Below, in pieces: positions 22,590 through 29,940 of a stretch of DNA of 44,713 nucleotides. This DNA is from a virus. Numbering within the stretch: the stretch's first letter is position 1; each line of letters starts with the position of its first letter. Below the pieces are notes generated by a model. The model saw only the letters and a program-made list of their open reading frames with translations, was not told the origin of the DNA and did not search any database. The stretch spans positions 1 through 44,713 of IMG/VR virus record IMGVR_UViG_3300019458_000012, one strand, 5' to 3'. Made by a program: the position numbers and the translations under genes.

Positions 22590-22620
22590 AATCAATCTCC
22601 TGTCTGTCATGGTCACCTGG

Positions 22621-22650
22621 TATATAAGCACGAAATGATCCCAATGTCAA
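22621..22650 (-). promoter_or_regulatory. Sigma-70-like promoter (TTGACA-18-TATATA) overlapped by a TACCAGGT operator-like site
   Basis: - strand TTGACATTGGGATCATTTCGTGCTTATATACCAGGTGACC. -35 at 22650-22645, -10 at 22626-22621. Confidence 0.5.
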
Positions 22651-22721
22651 ATTAGGACTATATTCCTGCCTCTCTGTTACACTGATAAACTATACTATAC
22701 TAACACCCCTAAAGGGGGTGT

Positions 22722-22758
22722 ATAGTAATAGCAGTATAGCAGAATAGCAGAATAGAAA
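22722..22758. repeat. 8-bp iterons: ATAGCAG(t/a) x3 with degenerate flanking units
   Basis: atagta atagcagt atagcaga atagcaga atagaaa read directly. Adjacent hairpin ACACCCC-taaag-GGGGTGT at 22703-22721. Confidence 0.85.
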
Positions 22759-22766
22759 ACTAAGGT

Positions 22767-22813
22767 AGTCGAATGTTGGCTTATGCCCTGCCCCTGAGAG
22801 ACAGCATTCGACT
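22767..22813. other. 12-bp stem / 23-nt loop hairpin in the noncoding island
   Basis: AGTCGAATGTTG (22767-22778) pairs with CAGCATTCGACT (22802-22813). One position is G-U on the + strand RNA and A-C on the - strand RNA. Confidence 0.7.
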
Positions 22814-22958
22814 GGCCTAGTTCACTATCGGATCACGCATTGCAGCTTGCCGCATACTACGATAGCATAGGCAACGTTGTCATGGTGAAGTGTCAAAGGA
22901 TTGCTTCCGATGGGTTGAGAGCGTCTTACAATGTGAATGATCATCGGTATTGATCCCG

Positions 22959-23135
22959 CTAAGAGGGTTGCGTTGCCAGGGCGGCAAGCTTGGCGCGGCG
23001 CGTTATATCCCTGGGCTTAATTACAGTAGCTGCACCCTCGGCAACTTTGGGAGGGCAACGCTTGATCACTGCCCCCCTGGCCAATTGCTCCAAAGCTTCA
23101 TGGGTTGCCTGCTTGTCTGGTGTAACATTTGTCAT
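22959..23135 (-). CDS. Small hypothetical protein, 58 aa (below the ORF-track cutoff)
   Basis: Hand translation gives MTNVTPDKQATHEALEQLARGAVIKRCPPKVAEGAATVIKPRDITRRAKLAALATQPS. AGGAG 8 nt upstream of ATG 23135. Confidence 0.5.
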   Translation of the reverse strand: MTNVTPDKQATHEALEQLARGAVIKRCPPKVAEGAATVIKPRDITRRAKLAALATQPS

Positions 23136-23198
23136 CTTATATACTCCTGTTGAGATTGAGCGGCGAAGCCACCATTGGCCACGCCGCCAGGTAAAATG

Positions 23199-23483
23199 TT
23201 AACGTGCATTCATCTCCGCGTGAACCTCAGTTTTGAGCTTTGCGGCGAGCTCACGCAATGCCAGAGCGGCGGCAACGTATTGTCCGCGCCGGTAAACGTG
23301 GCCGGTCATCTCGTTTGCAGCCTTGATCATTGCGGTAGGTGTATAAGCGCGATTGGCTTTGATCCCTGTTTTAGCATAAAGCTCAAGGGCAGATGCAATC
23401 ACGATAGCCCGATAGGCATTGACGCCTTTTGGACCAGCGAAGACAGCGCCGCCGTCTTCTTTTTCTCTAATCTCATTGTACAT
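23199..23483 (-). CDS. First early gene, hypothetical protein, 94 aa
   Basis: First ORF of the - strand block, next to the divergent control region. GGAG upstream. Confidence 0.6.
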   Translation of the reverse strand: MYNEIREKEDGGAVFAGPKGVNAYRAIVIASALELYAKTGIKANRAYTPTAMIKAANEMTGHVYRRGQYVAAALALRELAAKLKTEVHAEMNAR

Positions 23484-23521
23484 TTTACTAGCTCCAGGGC
23501 TTGATTACCCTCCCCATTACG

Positions 23522-23562
23522 TACCAGGTAAACATTAACAAATCGTTAACGTCTACCAGGTA
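23522..23562. promoter_or_regulatory. Two TACCAGGTA near-palindromic repeats, 32 bp apart (operator-like)
   Basis: taccaggta at 23522-23530 and 23554-23562. An 8/9 copy sits at 22615-22622 over the promoter -10/start region. Confidence 0.45.
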
Positions 23563-23734
23563 GCACGCTATTCCTCTATCTCTTGGCTTATTCATCGTTA
23601 GCTTATATACGTGCTGCCTGGTGCATAAATGTAGGTCATCAATGGCAACGTTGCAGGATGCACGAATAACGCATGATGACAGCGTATATAAGAGGCGCGT
23701 TATCAATTGAATATAAATGTAATCAACAAAGACC

Positions 23735-23753
23735 GGGGTGGGGTGGGGGTGGG
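23735..23753 (+). other. G-quadruplex-forming motif G4-T-G4-T-G5-T-G3
   Basis: ggggtggggtgggggtggg read directly: four G-runs with single-T loops. Confidence 0.8.
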
Positions 23754-23851
23754 CACCGGCAGCACGCACATAAATCGCAACCGTACCCCCCAAAATTTTT
23801 CGCGCCGGTCTAAAAAGTGCTTAACTTATATACATGCACGTCACTTAAATT

Positions 23852-23914
23852 TTCCCGAACGAGATGTTTTTGCTCCTGGGGCGACATTTGATGACAATTG
23901 TTCCCGAACGGGAA
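23852..23914. promoter_or_regulatory. TTCCCGAACG direct repeat; the second copy forms the palindrome TTCCCGAACGGGAA
   Basis: Copies at 23852-23861 and 23901-23910. The palindrome at 23901-23914 lies 28 bp upstream of the late -35. Confidence 0.45.
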
Positions 23915-23941
23915 AGTGGGTCTTCCCAAATTTTTCCGGGG

Positions 23942-23970
23942 TTGACATTAGCATTCAGGCGTATTAGTGT
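23942..23970 (+). promoter_or_regulatory. Sigma-70-like late promoter (TTGACA-17-TAGTGT) abutting the terS start
   Basis: -35 at 23942-23947, -10 at 23965-23970. ATG 23977 lies 7 nt after the -10. Confidence 0.45.
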
Positions 23971-23976
23971 GTGGGC

Positions 23977-24573
23977 ATGAACCGTATCTCCCGAATACCA
24001 GAGGAAGTTGTTGAAGACCATGGACCGGCGATGCTCGACCTCACCGAGCCGCAGCGGATGTTCGTGCTTCACTACATGAATTCAGGTGGCGTCAACGCCG
24101 CTGAGGCCGCACGGAAAGCGGGCTACGGCAATTCGCAGGAAACTCAGGCGGTCTCGGCGTCTCGTATGCTGCGGCAACCTCGCATATTGGCCGCGTTGCG
24201 GGAAGTTGCGGACCATCGCTTGAAGTCTGGTGCCATCCTCGCTGCTTCCGCCATCGTCGAAATTGCAAACGATCCTATGCATCGTGATCGCTTCAAAGCG
24301 GCCACGGAACTTTTGAACCGCGCGGGCCTAGTCGTTGAGACAGTGAGCCGGGTCATCACTGAGGATCATCGCACTGTCGAAGAAGTAGAACGGCGCGTGC
24401 GTGATCTTGCAGTGCGGGTGGGCATCGATCCTGAGAAGCTGCTTGGCAACTTCAAGGTCGTTGATGCGGAAGTGGTTGAACTGGACGAAGCTGTTGACGT
24501 GCTGCACCAGGCCGGTGATAACTGGCAGAGGGAACAGCAGGACTTTGATGCGATACTGGAGAGAAGCGAATGA
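23977..24573 (+). CDS. terS: Terminase small subunit (Terminase_2-like), 198 aa
   Basis: LTEPQRMFVLHYMNSGGVNAAEAARKAGYGNSQETQAVSASRMLRQPRILAAL matches the F..EY...N...A...AGYS...A...LL pattern. Upstream of terL. Track start is GTG 23971; I prefer ATG 23977. Confidence 0.8.
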   Translation: MNRISRIPEEVVEDHGPAMLDLTEPQRMFVLHYMNSGGVNAAEAARKAGYGNSQETQAVSASRMLRQPRILAALREVADHRLKSGAILAASAIVEIANDPMHRDRFKAATELLNRAGLVVETVSRVITEDHRTVEEVERRVRDLAVRVGIDPEKLLGNFKVVDAEVVELDEAVDVLHQAGDNWQREQQDFDAILERSE

Positions 24574-24701
24574 TCAGGAACCTTGTTTGGAATATCTATT
24601 GGTACGTGCCCCTGCCTGCGATAGTGGCTGGAAGGCTGTTGATCTATTGGATCAATCATACACCAAAGGAAGAATGGGAAGAAGCGAATGAGCAAGATTG
24701 A
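24570..24701 (+). CDS. Possible small membrane peptide, 43 aa
   Basis: ATGA overlap with the terS stop. Sequence MIRNLVWNIYWYVPLPAIVAGRLLIYWINHTPKEEWEEANEQD. A second 21-aa hydrophobic ORF (MSKIDILLLMLVALVVLRTYL) lies at 24688-24753. Confidence 0.3.
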   Translation: MIRNLVWNIYWYVPLPAIVAGRLLIYWINHTPKEEWEEANEQD

Positions 24702-24780
24702 TATTTTACTCTTGATGCTTGTAGCGCTGGTTGTGTTGAGAACATATCTATAGGTTATTGTGATGGAGGGTTTATAGGTT

Positions 24781-26328
24781 ATGGTGTCTATGGCTGACTA
24801 TAAGGAACGCTTCACTGACGAGCAGAAGGCCAAGCTATTGCGGGCGCATGACCTTGACCCGAAGAATGACGAGTTGAAAAAGAAACGCGCTCTCATTGCG
24901 TTGGAGGAACAACTGTTGTCCGTTGAGAAGCGGATGACGGAGAACCGCATCCTCTACTACAAGCCGTATGCGAAACAGATGGAATTCCACATGAACGGTG
25001 CGGCCTATCCGGAGCGCCTGTTGATGGCAGCGAACCGAGTTGGTAAAACTATGTGCGGCGGTGCCGAGATTGCATATCACTTGACCGGCCTGTATCCCGA
25101 CTGGTGGCTTGGTCGCCGATATAATCGTCCGGTGCGCGGTTGGGCTGCTGGTGTAACCGGAGAAAGCACGCGTGACGTTATCCAGAAGATGCTCATTGGC
25201 ACAAAGGCGGACGGGTGGGGCACTGGCATGATCCCGAAGCACTGCCTGTCGAAGGACAAGATGAGCCTCGCACGCGGCGTGGCCGACTTGCTTGACACTG
25301 TCCTCGTGAAGCATGTCTCAGGCGGCTGGTCAGAATTGAAGTTCAAGTCCTACGAGCGCGGCCAGGAAAAATGGCAGGGCGACACACTGGACTTCGTGTG
25401 GTTCGACGAAGAACCGCCGCTTGACATTTACATCGAAGGCTACACCCGTATCCTCACCACGGGCGGCTTTGTCATGCTGACCTTTACACCACTGCAAGGC
25501 CGGTCGGAAGTTGTTGACCGCTTCTTGAAGGAAGCGAACAATCCATATCGCATTGTCACGAGCATGACGCTCGATGATGCGGATCACTTCACGGAGGAAG
25601 TGAAACAGCAGGCTATTGACGCTTGGCCGGAACATGAGAAGGAAGCGCGGGCGCGAGGCATACCTACCCTTGGAGGCGGGCGCATCTTCGACATTCCTGA
25701 GAGCCAGGTTGAATGCGAACCATTTGATATACCGAAACATTGGGCGCTCATATGGGGAATGGACTACGGCGTTGAACATCCATTCGCCGCTGTGGCTCAT
25801 GCGTGGGACAAGGACACGGATACGGTCTACGTCTTCCATTGCTTGAAGATGAAGGATGCATTGCCAGTCCAGCATTCAGTTGCGATGAAGTCAATCCTGA
25901 ACAACAGCGGTGGACTGATCCCCGTTGCATGGCCGCATGACGTAAACCAGCGCCGCGAGTTCGAAGGCGAGTTGATCCCGTTGAAGAACATCTACAAGAA
26001 ATGCGGATTGAAGATGCTCGACCAACATGCCCAGTTTCCCGATGGCGGCAACTCGACTGAGATTGGTGTTCTCCAGATGTATGAGCGCATGAAGACGAAC
26101 CGCTGGAAAGTCTTCAAGGGTGGCTCCTGTTCCATCTGGTGGGAGGAATACCGGCGATACCATCGCGTAGATGGGAAGATCAACAAGGTGTTCGACGATC
26201 TTATGTCCGCGTCCCGGCAGGCCGCTATGATGATCCGCAAAGCCGCGCCTGTCCTGTGGCCCCAGTATGTAAACTCAAGGGGTGGAAATGCAGGCATAGC
26301 GAAGGATGTTGACATTTCGCCTTGGTGA
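24781..26328 (+). CDS. terL: Terminase large subunit, 515 aa
   Basis: Walker A ANRVGKT, Walker B DFVWFDEEP, C-terminal nuclease region IWGMDYG. GGAGGG RBS. Confidence 0.9.
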   Translation: MVSMADYKERFTDEQKAKLLRAHDLDPKNDELKKKRALIALEEQLLSVEKRMTENRILYYKPYAKQMEFHMNGAAYPERLLMAANRVGKTMCGGAEIAYHLTGLYPDWWLGRRYNRPVRGWAAGVTGESTRDVIQKMLIGTKADGWGTGMIPKHCLSKDKMSLARGVADLLDTVLVKHVSGGWSELKFKSYERGQEKWQGDTLDFVWFDEEPPLDIYIEGYTRILTTGGFVMLTFTPLQGRSEVVDRFLKEANNPYRIVTSMTLDDADHFTEEVKQQAIDAWPEHEKEARARGIPTLGGGRIFDIPESQVECEPFDIPKHWALIWGMDYGVEHPFAAVAHAWDKDTDTVYVFHCLKMKDALPVQHSVAMKSILNNSGGLIPVAWPHDVNQRREFEGELIPLKNIYKKCGLKMLDQHAQFPDGGNSTEIGVLQMYERMKTNRWKVFKGGSCSIWWEEYRRYHRVDGKINKVFDDLMSASRQAAMMIRKAAPVLWPQYVNSRGGNAGIAKDVDISPW

Positions 26329-26337
26329 TAATATTAT
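26309..26337 (+). promoter_or_regulatory. Near-consensus sigma-70 promoter (TTGACA-17-TATTAT) straddling the terL stop
   Basis: -35 at 26309-26314, -10 at 26332-26337. The terL stop at 26326-26328 lies in the spacer. Confidence 0.5.
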
Positions 26338-26383
26338 GATCAGGCGCATATAAGCGTCCTTTCTGGCAACCAAGAGTAAACCT

Positions 26384-26644
26384 ATGGCACTATTCGATTT
26401 TTTATATGGCGGACCGAAGAAGCGAAACCAGTCTGTATCCGGGCCAGGGAACGCGGGGGGTGGAAATGAAGTTGAACGCAAAAAGCGCCTCGACGCAATT
26501 GCTGACGCAAAAGCCAAGAATTCTGCTGTCTCAGGCAAGCTCGATGCAGACGCTGAGGCAAAGGCAAAATCTGATGAAGATGCGGCTCGCAAAAAGAAGT
26601 CAAAAGCCTTTTGGGGAAAAGTCCTGGGGAAGAATGATGGCTGA
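26384..26644 (+). CDS. Hypothetical Lys/Ala-rich, probably disordered protein, 86 aa
   Basis: ORF between terL and portal. Confidence 0.55.
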   Translation: MALFDFLYGGPKKRNQSVSGPGNAGGGNEVERKKRLDAIADAKAKNSAVSGKLDADAEAKAKSDEDAARKKKSKAFWGKVLGKNDG

Positions 26645-26849
26645 CATTTTCGGCCAGTTGCTTGGCATGGGTATGAACCCCGGAAACGCTGACCTGTATA
26701 AGCAGGCAAAGAAGCGTATGAACCGTGGAATGACCCCGCAAGTTCCGAAGAAGGATGGAAGTGTTGGGCCTGGTAAGCAGAACGCGCCGAAGCCCGACAA
26801 CATCTGGTCGCGCATCGTGAACCGCTTTGAGCAGCAGAGGAATTTCTGA
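26634..26849 (+). CDS. Hypothetical protein, 71 aa
   Basis: ATGATG at 26634. Its stop overlaps the portal ATG (ATGA at 26849). It is the C-terminal part of track ORF 26406..26849. Confidence 0.5.
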   Translation: MMADIFGQLLGMGMNPGNADLYKQAKKRMNRGMTPQVPKKDGSVGPGKQNAPKPDNIWSRIVNRFEQQRNF

Positions 26850-28486
26850 TGACCAACGAAGAAATTGTCAACGAGAGTTTGAAAGAGTTTGAAGCGATGC
26901 AGCGCAATCGCTCGATCTTCAACAACCATTGGGAAGAAACTGCGGAACTCGTGTTGCCCACGTATCGCAACACATTCAACTATGGCTCCTTCAACATGCA
27001 GGGCGAGAAGAAGACTGAGAAGCAAGTGGATAGCACTGCGGCTCTCGCGCTCACTCGCTTTGCCGCGATCCTGGACAGCCTGTTGACGCCGCGCAATATG
27101 TTCTGGCATGGGCTGGCTGCGGACAACGAGGAACTGGCGAAAATACGGGATGTGAAGCTTTGGTTCGAAGCTGTCACCAAAATTCTATTCAAGCAGCGCT
27201 ATAAGCCATCTGCCAACTTCTCATCGCAGAACCTTATGACATATACGTCTCTTGGAGCATTTGGCAACGGTGCTCTCTGGATTGACCGGCTGCGCTCGCA
27301 TGACGGCGGCCAAGGGCTGCGCTACAAGACAATTCCGCTTGGCGAGATTTATTTCCGCGAGAATTTCCAGGGAAAGATTGATGGCTTCTGCCGGTTCTTC
27401 CGCTTGACCAAAGAGCAGTGCATTCAGCAGTTCGGGGAAGACAAGCTGCCGGAAACGGTAAAGTCAAGCAATGATCTTAATGCCCTGTTTGATATTCTTC
27501 ACCGCGTAGTCCCGCGCCTGGGCTACGATCCTGGGCGTCTTGATGCAAAGGGGATGCCATGGGCTTCATATTACGTTGCCATTTCAGGGAAAGCCTTGCT
27601 GCAAGAAGGCGGCTACACGACCTTCCCGGTATCAGTAAGCCGATACGACCAGGCCCCAGGCGAGATATACGCTCGTGGACCGGCGATGACGATACTGCCT
27701 ACGATCAAAACATTGAATGCAGAGAAGCGCGACTTCCTCACTCAGGGGCACCGCGCGGTATCCCCTGTCTTGCTGACGACTGACGATGGGATCGTTGACT
27801 TCTCGATGCGGCCAGGTGCCTTGAACAAGGGTGGCTTCTCATCGGAAGGCAAGCCTCTCGTTGGCACACTGCCCATCGGCAACATCCAGGTTTCGAAAGA
27901 GATGATGGACGATGAGCGCGTGATCATTCAGGATGCGTTCCTCGTCAACCTGTTCCAGATTTTGCAAGAGAACCCTTCGATGACAGCAACCCAGGTCATC
28001 GAGATTGTCAACCAGAAGGGTATCCTGCTAGCGCCGACAGTCGGACGGCAGCAAAGCGAATACCTTGGCCCGATGATTGATCGTGAACTGGATGTGCTTT
28101 CTGCTGCCGGTATGCTTCCTCCCATGCCGCCTGTGCTCGAAGAAGCTGCGGGCGAATACAACGTGGTTTACACTTCGCCAATGTCGCGTGCGATGCGGGC
28201 GCAGGAAGTAGCTGGCTTCGGGCGCACAATGGAAATCATAACTGGCATCGTGAATATCACGCAAGACCCGTCAGCCCTCGACAACTTCAATATGGACGTC
28301 GCGGCCCGTGAGACAGCAGACATCCAAGCTGTTCCGGAAAGCTGGATGGCGTCACCGGACGATGTCATGGCCAAGCGGGAGCAGCGCCAGAAGGCAATGG
28401 ATCAGCAGGCGGAGATACAGGCGGCACCGGCTGCGGCAGCGATGATGAAAGCGAAGGCCGTAACTGAAAAAGGGAAAACACCATGA
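26849..28486 (+). CDS. Portal (head-to-tail connector, T7 gp8-like), 545 aa
   Basis: Size, position after terL, and an N-terminal region typical of podovirus connector proteins as I recall them. Confidence 0.8.
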   Translation: MTNEEIVNESLKEFEAMQRNRSIFNNHWEETAELVLPTYRNTFNYGSFNMQGEKKTEKQVDSTAALALTRFAAILDSLLTPRNMFWHGLAADNEELAKIRDVKLWFEAVTKILFKQRYKPSANFSSQNLMTYTSLGAFGNGALWIDRLRSHDGGQGLRYKTIPLGEIYFRENFQGKIDGFCRFFRLTKEQCIQQFGEDKLPETVKSSNDLNALFDILHRVVPRLGYDPGRLDAKGMPWASYYVAISGKALLQEGGYTTFPVSVSRYDQAPGEIYARGPAMTILPTIKTLNAEKRDFLTQGHRAVSPVLLTTDDGIVDFSMRPGALNKGGFSSEGKPLVGTLPIGNIQVSKEMMDDERVIIQDAFLVNLFQILQENPSMTATQVIEIVNQKGILLAPTVGRQQSEYLGPMIDRELDVLSAAGMLPPMPPVLEEAAGEYNVVYTSPMSRAMRAQEVAGFGRTMEIITGIVNITQDPSALDNFNMDVAARETADIQAVPESWMASPDDVMAKREQRQKAMDQQAEIQAAPAAAAMMKAKAVTEKGKTP

Positions 28487-28647
28487 CTACTAAAGTAACA
28501 GTTGACGCACATGCAAGCTGGAATATTTCTGTAACTCCCATTGTTGGCATGAAACGGGAGTACCCAATTATTGTGAAGGTCGGAGAAGTTAGGGACTTCT
28601 ATGTATGGGAAGGGCGTAAACTTGAAATTGAGGAAATCAAGAAATGA
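28483..28647 (+). CDS. Small hypothetical protein, 54 aa (below the ORF-track cutoff)
   Basis: ATGA overlaps at both ends (28483-28486 and 28644-28647). Sequence MTTKVTVDAHASWNISVTPIVGMKREYPIIVKVGEVRDFYVWEGRKLEIEEIKK. Confidence 0.5.
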   Translation: MTTKVTVDAHASWNISVTPIVGMKREYPIIVKVGEVRDFYVWEGRKLEIEEIKK

Positions 28648-28922
28648 ATGTTTCACAGGCGGCGCAAGCTACTCTCGACTTTCTTCGAGGTAGAAAGAAT
28701 TCATACAAATACACCTTCTCACTCACGAACCCGGCTGCGGTTGAGGTTCTAGAAGACCTCACGAAGTTTTGCCGTGGATGCGAAAGTGCGGCAGTGCCTG
28801 GGGATCACGACCGCACTTTGATATTGTTGGGCCGCCAGGAAGTCTTCCTGCGTATTCAGCAGCATCTCAATCTGACCCCGGAACAACTGTTCAAACTCTA
28901 TACTGGAAAGGAACTACAATGA
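28644..28922 (+). CDS. Hypothetical protein, 92 aa
   Basis: Coupled ORF between portal and scaffold. Confidence 0.55.
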   Translation: MNVSQAAQATLDFLRGRKNSYKYTFSLTNPAAVEVLEDLTKFCRGCESAAVPGDHDRTLILLGRQEVFLRIQQHLNLTPEQLFKLYTGKELQ

Positions 28923-29764
28923 AAACTTTTATGATCAGTCCAAACTATGAAGCAGAAGGCGCAGGCGGAGCCGGTGATGGAGGCGCTGGAACTGCATGGT
29001 ATGGGACACCTGACACGGAAACTCTCGGCTACATCCAGGCCCGTGGCCTCGACAAGATGAAGCCGGAAGAAGCTGCCATGGCTTCCATCAAGGCTCACCG
29101 CGAAGCAGAGAAGCTGATGGGCGTACCGGCAGACCAGATGTTGCGGTTCCCGAAAGACCTTAGTGACGTTGAAGGCTGGAACAAAATTCATGCCAAGCTT
29201 GGCGTCCCTACTGATGCGAAGGAATATGACTTCGCCTCGGTGAAGAACAAGGCCGGTGAAACTCTGAACGAGGACGTTGCAAACACGATGCGTACTCTTG
29301 TCGCGGAATTGAAAATCCCGAAGGGCACAGCGTCGATCCTCGTGCAGAAGATCGTTGATCTTGCTGACAAGTCCTCGGAAGAAAGCATGGCGAAAGTTGC
29401 CGGTGAGCTGGCCCAAGAGCAGGCCAAGCTCGACGCGAACTGGGGCTCAAACAAAGTCGCCAACCAGACTGTTGCCGACAATGCCATGCGTGCCCTTGGC
29501 GTGTCCGATGAGCATAAGGAAGCATTGAAGGGCATCATGGGTTATGCGGCGACAATGGAACTGTTCCGCAATATTGGAGCCCGCATGGGTGAAGGCAGCT
29601 TCATCGAAGGCGGCAAGGATACCAAGGGTCCTGCAATGACGAAGGAAGCCGCTCAGTATAGGCTTGATCAACTCCAGAATGATAGCGAATGGTTCAAACG
29701 TTATAGCAATGGTGGTGTCTTGGAACAGAAGGAATTCAATGACTTGACCAAGATGGCTTCGTAA
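28919..29764 (+). CDS. Scaffolding protein, 281 aa
   Basis: Start at ATG 28919 (ATGA overlap) rather than the track start 28769. Helical, Ala/Glu/Lys-rich. Lies between portal and capsid. Confidence 0.65.
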   Translation: MKTFMISPNYEAEGAGGAGDGGAGTAWYGTPDTETLGYIQARGLDKMKPEEAAMASIKAHREAEKLMGVPADQMLRFPKDLSDVEGWNKIHAKLGVPTDAKEYDFASVKNKAGETLNEDVANTMRTLVAELKIPKGTASILVQKIVDLADKSSEESMAKVAGELAQEQAKLDANWGSNKVANQTVADNAMRALGVSDEHKEALKGIMGYAATMELFRNIGARMGEGSFIEGGKDTKGPAMTKEAAQYRLDQLQNDSEWFKRYSNGGVLEQKEFNDLTKMAS

Positions 29765-29798
29765 GAAACACGGGCCAAAAATAATTTATATACCCCTA

Positions 29799-29827
29799 TT
29801 GACAAGGGGGTGTATATAAGCTAGATT
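29799..29827 (+). promoter_or_regulatory. Sigma-70-like promoter upstream of the capsid gene (TTGACA-17-TAGATT)
   Basis: -35 at 29799-29804, -10 at 29822-29827. Embedded in the inverted repeat TATATACCCC ... GGGGTGTATATA. Confidence 0.5.
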
Positions 29828-29834
29828 ATGAATG

Positions 29835-29880
29835 CCGGGGGAAGGTTCATGTGCCTCCTGTCGTCTTTCCTTCCCCTCGG
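29835..29880 (+). other. Stem-loop at the predicted 5' end of the capsid mRNA
   Basis: CCGGGGGAAGG (29835-29845) pairs with CCTTCCCCTCGG (29869-29880): 11 bp with one bulge. It begins about 7 nt after the predicted -10. Confidence 0.55.
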
Positions 29881-29940
29881 CAACCTCGACACCTTCATTT
29901 GAAGCCGTAGGTCAAATCCAAATTTTTAGTGGAGAGAACT

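Noticed and set aside
22722-22758. CRISPR-like array
   Set aside because: The repeats are only 8 bp long and directly abutting, with no spacers. They are iterons, not CRISPR.
22950-23202. + strand ORFs 22950..23153 and 22990..23202
   Set aside because: They are opposite to the - strand 58-aa ORF, which has a strong AGGAG RBS. Their translations are Cys/Leu-rich with no start context.
23488-23967. ORFs 23488..23793 (-), 23707..23967 (+) and 23845..24072 (-) in the control region
   Set aside because: They have no RBS, use non-ATG or internal starts, and give low-complexity or Cys/His-rich translations. They overlap the operator-like repeats, the G4 motif and the late promoter. I treated the region as noncoding.
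26275-26979. 234-aa ORF on the - strand spanning the terL end to the portal start
   Set aside because: It is antisense to four coupled + strand genes, has Ser/Arg-rich low-complexity translation, and no start context.
29828-29902. 24-codon ORF (MNAGGRFMCLLSSFLPLGNLDTFI) in the capsid leader
   Set aside because: It has no RBS, and the ATG overlaps the predicted -10/TSS. The region is better explained by the 5' stem-loop.
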